From Capsulimonadaceae bacterium (GTDB taxonomy: Bacteria > Armatimonadota > Armatimonadia > Armatimonadales > Capsulimonadaceae): a stretch of 64,000 nt of DNA. Where the stretch lies: the NCBI GenBank assembly GCA_965215505.1, contig OZ244065.1, positions 768,001-832,000 on the forward strand, written 5' to 3'. The notes under the pieces were generated by a model, which searched no databases, had not been told where the DNA came from, and saw only the letters and a list, made by a program, of their open reading frames with translations. The translations under genes and the position numbers were made by a program. Positions 61,322-64,000 of the stretch are shown here, piece by piece (positions within the stretch are counted from its first letter, which is position 1; every line of letters starts with the position of its first letter).

Positions 61322-64000
61322 TCACGGCACCTCCACCATCTCCACGTCGTCTATCCAGACCTTGGGCTGATGCCCGGCAGCGTTCGTCGCCAGTTGCAGG
61401 GAAATCGTCGCCCCGGTCGCCCCGTATGGAGCGGCGTAGGGGACGGCGACGTTGTAGTAGTTGAAGCGGGCGTCGCGCAGCGTCTTCCAGCCCTCCGGGT
61501 CGGCCTGCTCGTTGGCGACCCAGACGGCGCCGCCGGGGTGGCCCGGCGGGACGTGCCAGGAAACCCAGACCTCAAACGCGGCGTAGCCCCGGCCAAGCCC
61601 CACGGCCTTCTTCTCGGGTGCCAGCCCATCGGAACGGAAGTGCAGGCGCAGCGTGTAATGCTGCCCGCCGACGACCGGGACGGTCTGGGTCACATTCACA
61701 TACCCCCCACCCTTGCCGCCGCTTGCGGCTTTCAGGAAGTCCTCGTATTTCGGGGCCGCGTAGGCATCGGGCGGGTACGTCACGGGTGTAGTCTGCTCTA
61801 AAAGGAGCGACTGTGTTCCACTATGCGCCGCACCGGGGGTCAGCCGGGCCGAAGCCCCGTTCCGCTGTTCGCCGACGATCCAGCCCGTCTCGGCGGAGGC
61901 AGCCAGCGGCGACTCGAAGCCGCCGTTCTGCACGAGGTTCGGCCCCAGCGGCATCTCCAGCGGCCCCCAATTGCCGGGCGAAAGCCGCGCCTCCGTGGTC
62001 AGGTCGGCGGTCATCCGGGTGTCCTGGTTATAATGGTACAGCCGGAGCGACCGGCTGCGCCCCGTGTCATCGGCGTAGATGACGCCGACATCCCCGCGCA
62101 GATCGTCCGTCACCAATGGGTCTAGTCCGAGGTCGGCCAGCGGCACGGCGGCTTCCAAAGTGTAGGAGCCGGATCCGCGCTTGAAGGCGACGCGGGCGTT
62201 CGGGAGCAGCACGATCCTGTCTACCCGTGTCGCCATGAGCTGAATGGGGGTTTGTGTACCCGGCACGACGGGGCGGTACAGGACGGCGACCGACTTTCCT
62301 GCGTAGAAGCCGAGCAGCAGGCGCTCGTCGCCTACCACGGGTGCGTAGTGGACAGGGTCGGGGCGGGGGGACAGCATCAGGTCCACGCAGTCGCCTGAGA
62401 GGAACAGCGTCTGCCAGTTTGTCCCTTTGTTGACGAGAGATGCGCCCCGGACGGCGTAAGCCAGGTAGAGGTTCCGCGCGTCCCGCGCCAGTGCGACGCG
62501 GGCCGTGCGGCCCCTGCCGCCTTCCAGCATGACGCTCGCCGCCATGTCCCAGCCGCTCAGGCTCCCGTTGATCGCGGGAGGCGTCGCCGCCCAGGCGACG
62601 TGAATGATCGGGGGCGGGGCGGCAGGCTTCGGAGTAGGCGCGGCGCGCGCCACGGCCGCCGCCTGGGCATCGGCCGCCGTCAGCCGAAGCGGCTCTTCAA
62701 AGCGCCCGCCGGTCAGCCCGGTGAGGCGGAGCAAATGGTAAGCGTCGTTCGCGCCGTTGATGATCTCGGGGACACCGCCGGGCGTCTGGTAAGTATAACG
62801 GTACGACTCATCCCATTTGGCGGCGGGGCCGAGCCGCGTGTCGTCGAGCAGGGTGCCGACGTACAGCCCGTCTGTGGTCAGCAGGTACGGGCGGTAGTTG
62901 CCATGCCAAAGCCACGTCACCAGGACTTGTCCCAGGCCGGGCGCGGTGAACTCGCCGATGACGGCGTCCGCCAGCACGTCCTTGACGCCCTGCTTTGCTA
63001 TGTCCGGGCGCGCGACGCCCCACAATTTGCTGCCGTTCTGGTCGAAGCAGGCGAGGGCATCATGGCCGGGCGCGTTGTACTCGTACCCGTAGGAGACGAC
63101 CAGCTTGTCGTCCTGGGTGACGTACAGGCTGCTGATGTTCCCCGGCTCATCCGTCAGCAGGATTCGCCGCGCGTGGGCGATGTCGTAGACCGGTGCCCCG
63201 CCGGGTGTCCAGCCGGACACGTCCACGCGGTAGACGGCCTCCTTGTCTTTGGTAAAGCCAGCGAAGGTGATGCTGCCGTCCGAGCCGACGGCGGCCCCCC
63301 ACCCCAGGGACCACTCCGGCTGCCTGCCCTCGTCGTAGGCGGCGGAGCGGCTGACGGTCTGCGACCAGTGCATCTCGCCGGGCTGGACCAGACCGTCCCC
63401 GTCGTCATCTGTCCAGGAGAAATTGTCGCCGGAGTGGCCGCGAAAGAAGTCCGGATACCAGTCCGGGTAGGAGTGCGTGTGCAGGTCGCTGTCCCAATCC
63501 TGCCTGGCTGTGCCGTCCCCCGAAGTCAGGCGGCTCAAGCCGCCCAGGGCGGCGACGGGTTGGAGGCGGTCGCCGTCCCGGCACAGGATGGTGACGATGC
63601 CCCGGTCGCCGACGATGCCGAGGTACTGTCTGCCGCCATGCGTGAACGAGCGCGCGGCGGGGGCACCGCCGTTCGCGCTCGGCAGGAACGGCTGGTCTTT
63701 CTCCATCCGGCGCAGCGGTGTGGCGACGGGGACGGCGGTCTTCCTGGCTTCGTCCACGCGCCAGAACGCGCCTTCGGCGAAGACGCGGGACGGGTCGCCG
63801 GGGTCACGCCAGAAGGGCGGGCCGCCGCCATAGGGGGCCGGGCCGAGGTAGTCGCGGACGAACGCGCCGGTTGCGGAGTCCCAGACGCTCACGCGGCACG
63901 GGGAGTCATCGTCCTCCGCCACCCACAGCCGCCCGGCGTCGGTGACGGCCAGGCCGCGCGGGACCAGCATACCCGCCGGGCCCAACGCCCCCACCCAGGG
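61322..64000 (-). CDS. Large extracellular protein: NHL/beta-propeller, DOMON/CBM9-like and CBM4-like domains (5' end outside the window)
   Basis: PRGLAV..GRLWVAE (NHL-like); INGSLSGW...DARNLYLAYAV...GDCVDL...YTLEAAVPLADLG (CBM9/DOMON-like); NLVQNGGFE...VWIDDV (CBM4-like). Frame is open to the window edge. Confidence 0.7.
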   Translation of the reverse strand, partial: PWVGALGPAGMLVPRGLAVTDAGRLWVAEDDDSPCRVSVWDSATGAFVRDYLGPAPYGGGPPFWRDPGDPSRVFAEGAFWRVDEARKTAVPVATPLRRMEKDQPFLPSANGGAPAARSFTHGGRQYLGIVGDRGIVTILCRDGDRLQPVAALGGLSRLTSGDGTARQDWDSDLHTHSYPDWYPDFFRGHSGDNFSWTDDDGDGLVQPGEMHWSQTVSRSAAYDEGRQPEWSLGWGAAVGSDGSITFAGFTKDKEAVYRVDVSGWTPGGAPVYDIAHARRILLTDEPGNISSLYVTQDDKLVVSYGYEYNAPGHDALACFDQNGSKLWGVARPDIAKQGVKDVLADAVIGEFTAPGLGQVLVTWLWHGNYRPYLLTTDGLYVGTLLDDTRLGPAAKWDESYRYTYQTPGGVPEIINGANDAYHLLRLTGLTGGRFEEPLRLTAADAQAAAVARAAPTPKPAAPPPIIHVAWAATPPAINGSLSGWDMAASVMLEGGRGRTARVALARDARNLYLAYAVRGASLVNKGTNWQTLFLSGDCVDLMLSPRPDPVHYAPVVGDERLLLGFYAGKSVAVLYRPVVPGTQTPIQLMATRVDRIVLLPNARVAFKRGSGSYTLEAAVPLADLGLDPLVTDDLRGDVGVIYADDTGRSRSLRLYHYNQDTRMTADLTTEARLSPGNWGPLEMPLGPNLVQNGGFESPLAASAETGWIVGEQRNGASARLTPGAAHSGTQSLLLEQTTPVTYPPDAYAAPKYEDFLKAASGGKGGGYVNVTQTVPVVGGQHYTLRLHFRSDGLAPEKKAVGLGRGYAAFEVWVSWHVPPGHPGGAVWVANEQADPEGWKTLRDARFNYYNVAVPYAAPYGATGATISLQLATNAAGHQPKVWIDDVEMVEVP

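Overview
High-GC bacterial window. Gene content (Terrabacteria-style outer-membrane cluster, DUF6785-like membrane protein, large secreted orphans) suggests Armatimonadota; this is inference, not a search result. The core is a ~30 kb minus-strand envelope superoperon: lipA-tamB-ECF sigma-bamA-skp-skp-like-lpxD-lpxC-fabZ-lpxA-lpxB-ICMT-like methyltransferase-msbA-DUF374-lpxK-lpxL-GT9s-hldC-GT4s-GT9-kdsA. It is flanked by amtB-glnK, dacB, purN, hppA, a GH15 hydrolase and icd-ppc. Best leads: (1) a low-GC, translationally coupled two-gene module of paired STAND-like P-loop ATPases (ATPase, then ATPase-wHTH-TPR-like) inserted between lipA and hppA, a candidate uncharacterised defence/conflict system; (2) an ICMT/Ste14-family methyltransferase fixed between lpxB and msbA, a candidate Leptospira LmtA-like lipid A phosphate methyltransferase, alongside a Leptospira-like Lys ruler residue in LpxA; (3) a small wHTH regulator divergent from icd-ppc with four ACATG boxes at exact 14-bp spacing over the promoter; (4) an ECF-type promoter directly upstream of the embedded sigma gene; (5) an ANTAR-like amtB leader, a 17-bp tandem repeat before lpxD and a GTAG-type REP doublet. 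No rRNA, tRNA, CRISPR array, integrase or transposase was recognised. All family calls come from motif recognition by eye; no database was searched.
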